This document shows, in pieces, positions 1 to 9,492 of a stretch of DNA of 48,532 nt. Positions within the stretch are counted from its first letter, which is position 1. Each line of letters opens with the position of its first letter. A program made the translations under genes and the position numbers. Source of the stretch: a virus (Duplodnaviria > Caudoviricetes); IMG/VR virus record IMGVR_UViG_3300020045_008535, positions 1 to 48,532 of that record. One strand, written 5' to 3'. A model generated the notes under the pieces. That model ran no database searches. It was not told the DNA's origin and was given only the letters and a program-made list of their open reading frames with translations.

Positions 1-97
1 TAACATCGGCTTCTGCACTATGGGCATTATCCCACGCTCTATTCCAATATAATCTTGTGGCCGCCGCAAATGTGCGTTCCTCTTTTATCTTAAAAAT
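1..97 (-). repeat. Inverted imperfect copy of 817-913 (inside the exonuclease gene)
   Basis: Reverse complement of 1-97 aligns ungapped to 817-913 with 7 mismatches. Confidence 0.9.
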
Positions 98-435
98 TTT
101 GTGTAACTTTGTTGCAAATGTTGTTGCAAACTAATGACAATAAGGTTTACAGGCTTGCAACAAAAAAATAAAAAGTTGTACTCACATTAAATTGTGCGTT
201 CTCAAAAGGTGTACTCAAAGCGCCCGTACGTTCTTAAAAAATATTAAAAGCATGGAGCAAAGGACTGCAAAAAACACTTCACGATTGGGCAACCGATCCG
301 ACACCTTGACGACCACAAATAAACTTTTTGAGGAACTGAGCCTTTACGGGACAGAGTATATAAAAGTTTTAGTTGGTGTGTGTGCGCTGCCATTTTTTAA
401 ATGAAAACTTTAAACTAAAAACAAAACAAAACAAA

Positions 436-1191
436 ATGACAAAACTAAAACTAACACGTCCAATTGTATTTTTGGATATTGAGTCCACGGGGCTCGACAC
501 ACAAACCGACCGAATTGTTGAGTTATGTGTATGCAAGGTAACGCCACAAAACGAGTACATTACAAAAACGTACAGGTTTAACCCTGGCATTGAGATACCT
601 GAGGAAGCAACTGCAATACATGGTATTACGAATGAAATGGTTAAGGATTGCCCTGCATTTAGCCAATTGGCAAAAGGGATGGTTGGGTTTATTGAGGGTT
701 GCGATATTGCGGGTTTTAATTCAAACAATTACGATTTACCTTTGCTTTATAGTGAGTTAAACCGTGCGGGTGTTGATTGGGATTGGAAACAACACAATTT
801 AATTGATGTTGGAAATATTTTTAAGATAAAAGAGGAACGCACATTGGCGGCGGCCACAAGATTTTATTGCAATAGAGAGTTGGATAATGCTCATAGTGCA
901 GAGGCCGATGTTATTGCAACGGCTGAGGTGTTTTTCTCACAGTTGGAGCGATACGATGATCTTCCCGATGAGGTTGCGGCGTTGGCTCGTTTCTCAAATT
1001 ACGATAAACCAATGTTGGATATGCAAAGCCGTTTCACAACCGATGAGGCTGGCGATGTTATATTAAATTTTGGTAAGCATAAGGGAGAAAAAGCAAAGTT
1101 AAACATTGGGTTTTTGGAATGGATGGTAAATAAAGCCAACTTCCCAAGGGACACAGTTGCTATTGCTCAACAAATTATTAACGGGGATTAA
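436..1191 (+). CDS. DEDDh 3'-5' exonuclease (DnaQ/Pol III epsilon-like) with C-terminal FGKHKG domain
   Basis: FLDIESTG, GFNSNNYDL and HSAEADV motifs; ATG 436 follows an A-rich leader. Confidence 0.9.
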   Translation: MTKLKLTRPIVFLDIESTGLDTQTDRIVELCVCKVTPQNEYITKTYRFNPGIEIPEEATAIHGITNEMVKDCPAFSQLAKGMVGFIEGCDIAGFNSNNYDLPLLYSELNRAGVDWDWKQHNLIDVGNIFKIKEERTLAAATRFYCNRELDNAHSAEADVIATAEVFFSQLERYDDLPDEVAALARFSNYDKPMLDMQSRFTTDEAGDVILNFGKHKGEKAKLNIGFLEWMVNKANFPRDTVAIAQQIINGD

Positions 1192-1192
1192 T

Positions 1193-1525
1193 ATGAGCGA
1201 TAAAGATGATAAAATTCCAAAAGTAATTATTGTTGGATCAGGAGGTAATGAAATTGGCGCAACGTTACTTGCTAAAACGCAACAGGCTAACGGTGGCGGT
1301 GAAGTTGTGGTTTTTGAGACATTACAAGAGTTTGCAAAACAACAACAAGAGATTGAAGATGCAAATAATGTTTCACGTTTAATTAAAAGTTTTGACGCCC
1401 CAAATTTAGAACAACGGATGCTTGGTGCTGAGTTTTACAATACTAAAATGAGAAACAGCAAGCCGAGGAAAGGCAATAACAAAAAGTACGTTAAACGTAA
1501 AAAGGCTAAAAATGGAAAACGATAA
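1193..1525 (+). CDS. hypothetical protein
   Basis: ORF tightly packed in the operon; ATG 1193 preferred; basic C-terminus. Confidence 0.7.
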   Translation: MSDKDDKIPKVIIVGSGGNEIGATLLAKTQQANGGGEVVVFETLQEFAKQQQEIEDANNVSRLIKSFDAPNLEQRMLGAEFYNTKMRNSKPRKGNNKKYVKRKKAKNGKR

Positions 1526-1733
1526 AAAATTAAAAGGTATTATTACTGAGGTAAAAGCAACGCACCCCATTTTTGGTGAAATTATTTTACGACCTAAAAT
1601 ACTTGATTTTAATAAAGTAGGTGAAGCATTTGCATTGTTAAAAAAAGCATTGGAAAATTTAGCCCGTAAAAATAGAAAGCGTTTAACGGCAAAGAGAGCA
1701 AAACAAATGATAAAAAATTATTATGAAAATTAA
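1512..1733 (+). CDS. hypothetical protein
   Basis: Overlapping operon ORF. Confidence 0.65.
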   Translation: MENDKKLKGIITEVKATHPIFGEIILRPKILDFNKVGEAFALLKKALENLARKNRKRLTAKRAKQMIKNYYEN

Positions 1734-2007
1734 TTTATTAAAAGAGTTAAATAGTATTCCTGAGTGCTTAATAACAAAACAAGATTATGAAAAATTAATA
1801 AAATGTTTTCGTGTAAAAGATTTTGATATTGTTGAAGATTTAGTTGGCAGAATATTTTTTGTAAAAATTAAATTAAGGAATTATAAGTGGTATCAGTTTT
1901 TAAGAAAAAAAAGGTTTATTAATGCAATAAATTTAATTCAGAGAATTAAGCCCTCAGGTGTTAGGATTAGATTTTTTATAAATAATGAAGAAATATGGCA
2001 CTATTAA
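1723..2007 (+). CDS. hypothetical protein
   Basis: Overlapping operon ORF, very AT-rich. Confidence 0.6.
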   Translation: MKINLLKELNSIPECLITKQDYEKLIKCFRVKDFDIVEDLVGRIFFVKIKLRNYKWYQFLRKKRFINAINLIQRIKPSGVRIRFFINNEEIWHY

Positions 2008-2663
2008 CCAAAGCACAGTTTGCAGATAAGATTGGCCGTCCGAGCAACTTCCTTTCCGTTTACATAACAAGGAAGGAGGTTGTTATACACTCGGGAGAAG
2101 GAAAAAAGGCTTTGATTGATGATGAACACCCTGTAAATTTTGCATTTTTAGTAAAAAAAGGCGCTCAAGAGCTCACAAAAAAGACTGAAACAGTAGAGAA
2201 AACAACGGATTCAACGGTTTATAATGCCGTTGTTGTTGAGGAATCGAGTGAAAAAAAGGATAAAAAAAAGGTTCCGAGCAACGGCAAAGATGCCAACGAG
2301 GTTTACATGAAAAATTTGGCGCTCATTCAAGAGGAAAAAGAGCGTACAAGTTTGCAAAAACAGCAAGCGGAACTTGAGAAAATCAACCTTTATAACCAAA
2401 AAATGCGTGGTGAATTGCTGCCAATTGCATTGTTTAGGCCATTGTTAGCAAGGAATAATCAGAATTTAACTACAACTTTTAAAAATACTGCCGAGGAATT
2501 GATTTCCAACATGGCAAAAAAGAAAGATTTTAGTTTGGAGGAAAGAGCCGAGTTGTCGGCTCAGTTGTTTAGTGGTATTAATAAAGCAATAACGGATGCG
2601 CACGATATGACGGTGCAAAACTTGGACACAATAATTGATGATTACAAAGAGAGTATAAAATAA
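1995..2663 (+). CDS. terminase small subunit (Nu1-like)
   Basis: N-terminal HTH-like LTKAQFADKIG; coiled coil ending QKMRGELLP; upstream of TerL. Confidence 0.7.
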   Translation: MALLTKAQFADKIGRPSNFLSVYITRKEVVIHSGEGKKALIDDEHPVNFAFLVKKGAQELTKKTETVEKTTDSTVYNAVVVEESSEKKDKKKVPSNGKDANEVYMKNLALIQEEKERTSLQKQQAELEKINLYNQKMRGELLPIALFRPLLARNNQNLTTTFKNTAEELISNMAKKKDFSLEERAELSAQLFSGINKAITDAHDMTVQNLDTIIDDYKESIK

Positions 2664-2683
2664 AAATTAAAACTAAAAACAAA

Positions 2684-3058
2684 ATGAAAAAAACAATTTT
2701 ATCAGTATTTGCAATATTAATTTTTGCATCCTGCACAAACGACAAAGCAAAACAATTAACGCCAGTTTTTAACTACAATGTTAAAATAACAGCAACAGAC
2801 ACAATTCAAAATTCAATTTTACATGGTTTTGTTAAAATAGGAAACACTAAAATAAATTTAAGAAATGGATTTGATAGCACAGTTGTAATTGATACAACAA
2901 TTACAGATGATGCCTCGTTAGGGTTTAGTTATAATATTTATATTTCTAAAATATCACCAAACGATATTTTAAAACTTGATACACTTAACAACATTAGTTT
3001 AATTATTACGGGAAGTAATTTAAACCACACTAAAAATGGTTCTTATTTAGTTTATTAA
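2684..3058 (+). CDS. predicted lipoprotein (moron-like)
   Basis: MKKTILSVFAILIFAS-C lipoprotein signal; low GC. Confidence 0.75.
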   Translation: MKKTILSVFAILIFASCTNDKAKQLTPVFNYNVKITATDTIQNSILHGFVKIGNTKINLRNGFDSTVVIDTTITDDASLGFSYNIYISKISPNDILKLDTLNNISLIITGSNLNHTKNGSYLVY

Positions 3059-3081
3059 AAATCAATTTAACTATAAAAAAA

Positions 3082-3315
3082 ATGAAAAATTATTTAAAAC
3101 AAAACCCGAAAAAATTAATAGCACCATTATTTGTGTTGCTTGTTGGAGTTGCTGCAAACATTGCTGTTAACTATAACTTTGAAAGCTTTTTATTGAGTTT
3201 TCTAGTTGGCTATTTTACAACGATAATATTTTTATTAATGTTATTGCAGGTGTGGGGCGAATGGAAAAATATAGAGGGGTTAACAGAAACAATTAAACAA
3301 TTTTTTAAATGGTAA
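3082..3315 (+). CDS. small two-TM membrane protein
   Basis: Two hydrophobic segments. Confidence 0.65.
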   Translation: MKNYLKQNPKKLIAPLFVLLVGVAANIAVNYNFESFLLSFLVGYFTTIIFLLMLLQVWGEWKNIEGLTETIKQFFKW

Positions 3316-3683
3316 CGGCAATTATTTTTTTAGTGCTGAGCGCTATTTGTAAAGCTTGTGCGGATACTCTTGCGCACCATTATTATAAATCTATTTTCAA
3401 TCAAAAAGGTTGGTCGGCTCGTTTTTGGAATCCAATTCTTTCCTCAACAGAGGCTTACATTATACCACATACAAAATATAAAGTTGATGCGTGGCATTTA
3501 TTTAATAGTGGAATGATATGTTTTTTTATTGGTGCCTTGGTTATGGCTTGGCAAAATGGGGAAGCAATTTTGAATGTGTGGTGGTTTTATTTAATTGCTT
3601 TTTTAAATTTTGGCATTGGATGGAACTTGGTGTTTAACTTATTTTATAATTATATATTAATAAAGCGCAAGGAATGGAACTAA
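3309..3683 (+). CDS. phage membrane protein
   Basis: About three hydrophobic segments; FWNP and DAWHLF motifs. Confidence 0.7.
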   Translation: MVTAIIFLVLSAICKACADTLAHHYYKSIFNQKGWSARFWNPILSSTEAYIIPHTKYKVDAWHLFNSGMICFFIGALVMAWQNGEAILNVWWFYLIAFLNFGIGWNLVFNLFYNYILIKRKEWN

Positions 3684-3892
3684 CTAAAAAACAAATTGAA
3701 AATATTTTGGAATGGCTCGGAAAGAGTTATCCAGTTGATGTTGCGCCTCCTGAGAATATAGAAATAGAGGTGTTAACTTATGAGTTTAAAGTTGTAAAAA
3801 CTGTATGTTATAAAGAGCACAACAAAATAAAATTTTTTGATGTTACTACAAAAAACGTATTGGCGTGGCGCCACATAAAGCATGGAAAATAA
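3674..3892 (+). CDS. hypothetical protein (DUF551-like)
   Basis: W...PP start and C-terminal VLAWR. Confidence 0.55.
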   Translation: MELTKKQIENILEWLGKSYPVDVAPPENIEIEVLTYEFKVVKTVCYKEHNKIKFFDVTTKNVLAWRHIKHGK

Positions 3893-5915
3893 AAATGTTG
3901 ATTACCGCTTAGTACAATTAACGGATCTATTAAAGGCGGGTTTAACTTTTGTATCTGATATAAAGCCGAGCGATTGGACGGAAAAAAAGGTAACAATGAA
4001 AAAGCCATTTCCTGGCGCATTTCGTTATACCAAAACGCCATACGCTCGGGAGATTATAAATCGCCTTTCCTCAACAGACCCTGCGCATACTGTGGCATTA
4101 ATGAAAGGGGCTCAAATAGGTATGTCGGCAGGCGTTATAATACCTGGCATTGGTTGGATAATTGAGAACAACCCTGGCAATACTTATTTGTCGGTTGGAC
4201 ATCCTGACTTGGTTAAAAAGGCAATGAAAAAAGTCGATCATATAATCGACGTAACTGGTTTGCGTAAATTAATAAAACCGCAGGCGCAACGTGCAAAAAA
4301 TCAGGCAACAGGTGACACCAACTCTGAAAAGGAATTCCCTGGCGGTACGTTTAGTGTCGGGAGCGCCAACAACCACAAAGCATTGCGGCAGGAGGATATT
4401 CAATTTGTATTTTTGGATGACTTTGAGGCCGTAAAAAAATCAAGTGAACAATCGGGTGACACACTCTCATTGGTTAAAACAAGGCAAGTGTCTTATTTTG
4501 GTAAATCAAAATTGTTTCTTATAAGTACACCCGAGGTTAAGTCAACCTCAAATATTGAGCCCGCATATTTATTGGGCGATCAACGTAAATATTTAATTCC
4601 GTGTCCATGCTGCGGCGTTTACATTGAAATTAAATGGAGTTATGAATGTCCCGTAACAAAAAAAATGGTTGGCATTACTTGGAAATTAGATGAGGCAAAT
4701 AAATTAATTGTTGACTCAGTTGGTTACAGGTGTCAGGAGTGTTACGAGTTTTTTGATGATAAAAATAAAGACATTTGGTTAAATGAAGGTAAGTGGACGC
4801 CAACCGCAACACCGAGCCAAAAGGGATATTATAGTTACCATATTTCATCACTATACGCACCAATAGGGATGGCCGATTGGTCTTTTTGGGTTAGCGAATA
4901 TTTAGTGGCCTGTCCTCCTGATGGAGAATTAGATGACGGAAAATTAAAAACTTTTTTCAACGTTTGTTTAGGTTTAACCTATGAGCCAAAAGCCGAGAAG
5001 GTTTCCTCTAAAAGGCTGCAAGGTAATACAAGAGATTACCAAGTTGGGGTTGTACCTGAGAAACAAAGTATAAAGGACGGAAATGGGCGAATTGTTATGG
5101 TAACTTGCGCCTGCGATTTAAATGGTACTTTAGAGGATGCTCGTTTAGATTATGAGGTGTTGGCATGGTCAGAAACAGGCAGCACGTACAGCGTTACACA
5201 CGGAAGCATTGGAACGTTTATACCTAACCAAAGTAAAAAACAAAAAGAAGAGGATGATAGAAAACATTGGAGTTATGAGCACGAGCGGGAAAATAGTGTG
5301 TGGAATGAATTTAGGGATTTATTGGCAACACCTTGTGTGTTTGATGATGGTGTAAAAAAAATGCGAATATTTGCAACGGGTATTGATACGGGACATTGTG
5401 AGAAGGAGGCATTTCAGTTTATAGATAAATACACGGCAAAAGGCGCAGTTATATTTGGTTTAAAGGGAGATAAAGAAACTAAATACTTGCCAGAGGCATT
5501 AGATGCAAAGTGGTTTAAGGCGGGGCAAGCAAGGCGAAATTTATACATGGTGTTAGGTGGTGTTATAAAAGATACTTTAAGAAAACAAATGAAATTAAAG
5601 TGGGAGCAAAATAATGGAGAAACACAGCCAATGGGATTTTGTAATTTCCCTGAGCCAAGCGGTGGCCTTTACACTTATAAAAATTTCTTCTCTCATTACG
5701 AAAGTGAGGAAAGAAAGATTGAGAAAAATAATAAGGGAGAAATTTCAGCACGTTGGGAAAAAGTTTCGCCGACAGCACAAAACCACTTGTGGGATTGCCG
5801 TGTGTATAACATGGTGACGGCTGATATTGCGGTTAAAAATATGCTTAACGAGTTAGGTATTAAAAACGGAGTGTGGTCAGATTTTGTTTCTATTGCCTTG
5901 GGTACACAAAAATAA
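3882..5915 (+). CDS. terL: terminase large subunit, lambda GpA family
   Basis: MKGAQIGMS Walker A, VFLDDFE Walker B, ISTP, PCPCCG and CQEC zinc motifs, GIDTG, NHLWDCRVY nuclease motif. Confidence 0.95.
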   Translation: MENKNVDYRLVQLTDLLKAGLTFVSDIKPSDWTEKKVTMKKPFPGAFRYTKTPYAREIINRLSSTDPAHTVALMKGAQIGMSAGVIIPGIGWIIENNPGNTYLSVGHPDLVKKAMKKVDHIIDVTGLRKLIKPQAQRAKNQATGDTNSEKEFPGGTFSVGSANNHKALRQEDIQFVFLDDFEAVKKSSEQSGDTLSLVKTRQVSYFGKSKLFLISTPEVKSTSNIEPAYLLGDQRKYLIPCPCCGVYIEIKWSYECPVTKKMVGITWKLDEANKLIVDSVGYRCQECYEFFDDKNKDIWLNEGKWTPTATPSQKGYYSYHISSLYAPIGMADWSFWVSEYLVACPPDGELDDGKLKTFFNVCLGLTYEPKAEKVSSKRLQGNTRDYQVGVVPEKQSIKDGNGRIVMVTCACDLNGTLEDARLDYEVLAWSETGSTYSVTHGSIGTFIPNQSKKQKEEDDRKHWSYEHERENSVWNEFRDLLATPCVFDDGVKKMRIFATGIDTGHCEKEAFQFIDKYTAKGAVIFGLKGDKETKYLPEALDAKWFKAGQARRNLYMVLGGVIKDTLRKQMKLKWEQNNGETQPMGFCNFPEPSGGLYTYKNFFSHYESEERKIEKNNKGEISARWEKVSPTAQNHLWDCRVYNMVTADIAVKNMLNELGIKNGVWSDFVSIALGTQK

Positions 5916-5999
5916 TTGGGCTCAAATGGAAACAAAGTTGAATAAATAAATTATTTTTGAGTCACTTGATCTTCGTTTATCGTTTGATTACCTCACATT

Positions 6000-6030
6000 A
6001 AAGCCACCGTAAAAAGTGGCTTTTTTGTTT
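6000..6030 (+). terminator. intrinsic terminator after terL
   Basis: AAAGCCAC-CGTAAAAA-GTGGCTTT followed by a T tract. Confidence 0.75.
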
Positions 6031-6093
6031 TGTAACGTTTTAATATATATATTAGTAACCTCTTATAAAATTAATAACTTAAAACAAAATCAA

Positions 6094-6312
6094 ATGACAA
6101 GAGCAAAATTTAATTTATCTGTAACAAAACACGAGGACGGTTCAATGTCTATTTCTGGATCAGCAGTTACAAACGGAAGTGAAGAAAACAAAGCGTTTAC
6201 GGAGTTGACGCCATGTGGAAGTTTCTCAATTTCAATTGCAAAAGATGCACCCGCTCAGGAGAATTTTTCAGAAGGTAGTGCGGAATATTATTTAGATATT
6301 ACTAAGGCATAG
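6094..6312 (+). CDS. small phage hypothetical protein
   Basis: ATG 6094; RAKF...SEENKAF..TP.G...EYYLD pattern; flanked by terminators. Confidence 0.75.
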   Translation: MTRAKFNLSVTKHEDGSMSISGSAVTNGSEENKAFTELTPCGSFSISIAKDAPAQENFSEGSAEYYLDITKA

Positions 6313-6330
6313 TAATAAAAATAATAATTT

Positions 6331-6369
6331 AAAAAAACCCTCAAATAATTTTGAGGGTTTTTTTTTTTT
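6331..6369. terminator. bidirectional terminator
   Basis: A7-CCCTCAAA-TAAT-TTTGAGGG-T12 between convergent genes. Confidence 0.85.
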
Positions 6370-6419
6370 GTATTACATTTACAACGTTTTGTATTTCTAC
6401 CTTTCATAAGGGTTAAAGT

Positions 6420-6827
6420 TTAGTTTAGTTTAGCATTAAAAAGCCAATTGTGAAATTGGCTTTTTAATTTACCAAAAATGCTTAATGTGTTTTTAACTTT
6501 GCCCTCAATTTTATTATCTTTCTCAAACTTTTTTGCCGATCGAACATAATCCTCAACACCAATGTCGCCATTTTTTTGATATGCCTCAATAAGATTTTGT
6601 TTATGGTTCATTAAGGTTGGCTCTTGGTACTTAATAATAAAATTTTTATCGGGAAAATATTCATCACCTAGTTTTTTCCTATACTCTTTTGTTAAATCTT
6701 TTCCTGCAATAACTTTTTGAGCACTATGAAACATTTTTGTACCATCGGCGTTTTTAAGTTGAAATTTTGGTAATGCGGATGCAATTATTGTTAATTGATT
6801 TAATTTTTTATTTGTTATGTTTTTCAT
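6420..6827 (-). CDS. hypothetical protein, divergent from the tail operon
   Basis: 135 aa ORF filling the gap; TACGTTTG promoter upstream on the - strand. Confidence 0.75.
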   Translation of the reverse strand: MKNITNKKLNQLTIIASALPKFQLKNADGTKMFHSAQKVIAGKDLTKEYRKKLGDEYFPDKNFIIKYQEPTLMNHKQNLIEAYQKNGDIGVEDYVRSAKKFEKDNKIEGKVKNTLSIFGKLKSQFHNWLFNAKLN

Positions 6828-6839
6828 ATTAGTTTATTA

Positions 6840-6855
6840 TTTGAGCCCAAACGTA
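6840..6855 (-). promoter_or_regulatory. Bacteroidota -7 promoter with GGCTCAAAT element
   Basis: Minus strand reads TACGTTTGGGCTCAAAT; TAnnTTTG consensus. Confidence 0.6.
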
Positions 6856-6901
6856 ATAATAATATTTTTTAAAACATATTTTTACAAAAAAAAACTTACA
6901 C

Positions 6902-8428
6902 ATGATTTCAGATGCATTAGATGTTAACTTAATATCCGCAATTGTTGGGTACAAATTGGCAAAGGGAGATTTTTCAACCTCATCGCCAAATTTACCGCAA
7001 ACTGTTTGTGTTTTTAGTGAGGCTAACACAGCCAATCAATCAAATTTAGATCTTACACCAACACAATTTACAAACGCTGTTGATGCTGCTAATAAATACG
7101 GTTATGGTTCGCCAATACACCAAATTATGAGAATTTTATTTCCTTACTCAGGTGGCGGATGTAAAGTTCCTGTTTTTGTTTATCCACAGGCTGAGCCAGC
7201 GGGTGCAGCAAGTAAAAAACTTAAAATTGTTACGACAGGTACTGCAACAGGAAATGGTCTTATTTATTTAGTTGTAAATGGCCGTAATTCAATTGATGGT
7301 GTTGCGTATGCAGTTAACATTGCAATTGGTGACACACCAACAGTTATTTCGGGTAAGATGGCAGATGCTGCAAATGCAATTCTTGGTTGCCCTGCAATTG
7401 GTTCTGTTGTTGTTGCTGATGCGGTTTTTGAAAGTAAATGGGCTGGGTTAACTGCCGATTCTATGAATATTTCTATTGATACAAATGGCTCAACAACAGG
7501 TTGTACATTTGCGATTACTAGTACTCAATCAGGACTTGGAACTCCAAGTGTTGCGGCACAATTAGCAAACTTTGGTTCTAAATGGAATACAATTGTTATT
7601 AACGGTTATGGCACACACTCGGCAACAATGACTGCGTTTGAGGGCTTTAATGGTATCCCTGACCCAATTAACCCTACTGGGCGTTATGCTGCCGATAAAA
7701 TGTTACCTTTTATTTGTTTAACAGGTAGTGTTGCGGATAATGATTCTGCGACAACAGATGCAAAATTAAATGATGTTACAATTGCAATTTGCCCTGCACC
7801 ACTTTCAAAAGGTATGCAATACGAGGCGGCTGCAAATATGGCAATTTTATATGGTAATAACTCAAGTAATTCGCCAGAGTTACACATATTAAACCAAGCT
7901 TATCCCGATATGCCAATCCCTGAGGATGGAAACATTGGAACGATGATGGTTTATGCAAATCGCGATGCGTATGTTAAAAAAGGAAATACAACTGTTGATA
8001 TTCAATCAAATAAATACGTTGTTAAAGATTTTGTTACTACATACCACAAGGCAGGTGAAAACCCTCCGCAATTTAGATATTGCCGTGACTTAATGGTTGA
8101 TTTTAACGCTCGTTACTCTTATTTGTTATTGGAAAATCGTTATGTTGTTGGAAAGGTAATTGCTTCGGATAGTGATCCTGTAACAAACAACCCTAATGTT
8201 ATCCGACCTAAACAATGGAAGGCGATTTTAGCTGAAAAATATTTTAAAGACATGGTTGACCGTGCAATGTTTACTGATGCTGCTTTTTCATTAGCTAGTT
8301 TATTAGTTGGCGTTGGTGTTTCTAACCCTAACCGTTTTGAAACTTCTTTCCCTTACAAACGTACAGGCGGTGCCTTAGTAATTTCAACAACTGCCTCAGG
8401 TGGTTTCTCTTTTGGTACAGTTAACTAA
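6902..8428 (+). CDS. tail sheath protein (Mu gpL-like)
   Basis: 508 aa; YGYGSPIH motif, KWAG, late DFVTTY; upstream of tube and tape measure genes. Confidence 0.88.
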   Translation: MISDALDVNLISAIVGYKLAKGDFSTSSPNLPQTVCVFSEANTANQSNLDLTPTQFTNAVDAANKYGYGSPIHQIMRILFPYSGGGCKVPVFVYPQAEPAGAASKKLKIVTTGTATGNGLIYLVVNGRNSIDGVAYAVNIAIGDTPTVISGKMADAANAILGCPAIGSVVVADAVFESKWAGLTADSMNISIDTNGSTTGCTFAITSTQSGLGTPSVAAQLANFGSKWNTIVINGYGTHSATMTAFEGFNGIPDPINPTGRYAADKMLPFICLTGSVADNDSATTDAKLNDVTIAICPAPLSKGMQYEAAANMAILYGNNSSNSPELHILNQAYPDMPIPEDGNIGTMMVYANRDAYVKKGNTTVDIQSNKYVVKDFVTTYHKAGENPPQFRYCRDLMVDFNARYSYLLLENRYVVGKVIASDSDPVTNNPNVIRPKQWKAILAEKYFKDMVDRAMFTDAAFSLASLLVGVGVSNPNRFETSFPYKRTGGALVISTTASGGFSFGTVN

Positions 8429-8453
8429 TTAAAAACATAATAAAAAAAACGAC

Positions 8454-8879
8454 ATGGCATATACAGGCGGCGACATAAAAGAGATTGTTGTATCTCATCC
8501 AAACGTTGGAACAGTTACATTAAAGCCAAAGGCAAACGAGGGCAACACTTATAATTTAGGTGGCTTACGTTCAGATGATGAAACAAATGGTATTACTGGG
8601 GACGGTACTGCTATTCGTAAAATGAACAACACTCGTTGGTCTGTTGAGGCCGTAATTGCTAATGATATGAACATTAACAATGAGTATGAAAAAGTTTGTC
8701 AAATGGCGGGAGACCCTCAGGAAGGAACTTGGACGTTTACTCATATTAACGGAAGTGTTTATCGTGGAACAGGTTTCCCATCTGGCGATTTAGCATTAAA
8801 CGTAAACGATGCAACGTTTACTTTAAAAGCAACAGGCGGTGGAAATGGTATTGCGGGCGGATTATCTAAACAAGTTTAA
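8454..8879 (+). CDS. tail tube protein
   Basis: Position after sheath, size, beta-rich composition. Confidence 0.8.
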   Translation: MAYTGGDIKEIVVSHPNVGTVTLKPKANEGNTYNLGGLRSDDETNGITGDGTAIRKMNNTRWSVEAVIANDMNINNEYEKVCQMAGDPQEGTWTFTHINGSVYRGTGFPSGDLALNVNDATFTLKATGGGNGIAGGLSKQV

Positions 8880-8902
8880 TAACCAATAAAAATAAATAAA
8901 CG

Positions 8903-9307
8903 ATGAGTACAGGAGACAAAGCGGCAGGGTTAGAGGTAGCCAAAGCCGAAGTTAAAAAATGGTTGGACACAAAAAGAATTGGTAACTCCGAAAGAGTCGC
9001 AAGAGAGTTTCAAATTGAGACTTTAGAAAGCGCCGTAATGGATGGGTTGTTAACTCTTAATGAGAAAAACCAATGGGAACAAAAACTTAATTTTCCTTTA
9101 TCGGATGTGAGTGTTGACAAATTAACGTTTAAGGATCGCATGACGGCAAATGAAAATATTGCTGCATCGGCTAACGCAGGAGGCAACCCACAATTGGTAA
9201 TGTCTTGTTTTATTTCACACTTAACAGGCGAAGCCTCAGAGTTGATTAGAAAAATGGACACGGTAGATTACAAAATTGCCTCAGCAATTGGCATTTTTTT
9301 CTACTAA
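8903..9307 (+). CDS. tail assembly chaperone (gpG-like)
   Basis: Between tube and tape measure genes; ends in slippery T TTT TTC. Confidence 0.8.
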   Translation: MSTGDKAAGLEVAKAEVKKWLDTKRIGNSERVAREFQIETLESAVMDGLLTLNEKNQWEQKLNFPLSDVSVDKLTFKDRMTANENIAASANAGGNPQLVMSCFISHLTGEASELIRKMDTVDYKIASAIGIFFY

Positions 9308-9486
9308 ACGAGGAAAGTTTAAACAATATGATTACCTCGGTAGCAGGTGAATATCCGTGGGCGGCGCCGAATGTTATCGGCGCCTTTTTTTGTGATAATC
9401 AAGATCTCTATGGGTTAGAATATTGGTATAATGAGGTAGTTAAAACAGTAAATAAAATAAAAGCAGCAAGGCCACCAACACCATAA
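9301..9486 (+). CDS. -1 frameshift extension of the tail chaperone (gpGT-like)
   Basis: -1 frame is open from the slippery site 9295-9301 to TAA 9486 (LLNEESLNNMITSVAGEYPW...GLEYWYNEVV...). Confidence 0.75.
   Translation, partial: LLNEESLNNMITSVAGEYPWAAPNVIGAFFCDNQDLYGLEYWYNEVVKTVNKIKAARPPTP
9363..9391 (+). terminator. intrinsic terminator-like hairpin within the frameshift extension
   Basis: GGCGCCGA-ATGTTA-TCGGCGCC followed by T7. Confidence 0.65.
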
Positions 9487-9492
9487 AATACA

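Noticed and set aside
192-404. 70 aa ORF
   Set aside because: TTG start, no recognisable features, lies in a probable terminal or regulatory region
1-913. DGR template/variable repeat pair
   Set aside because: Mismatches are not adenine-specific, no reverse transcriptase is present, and the copy lies at the contig edge
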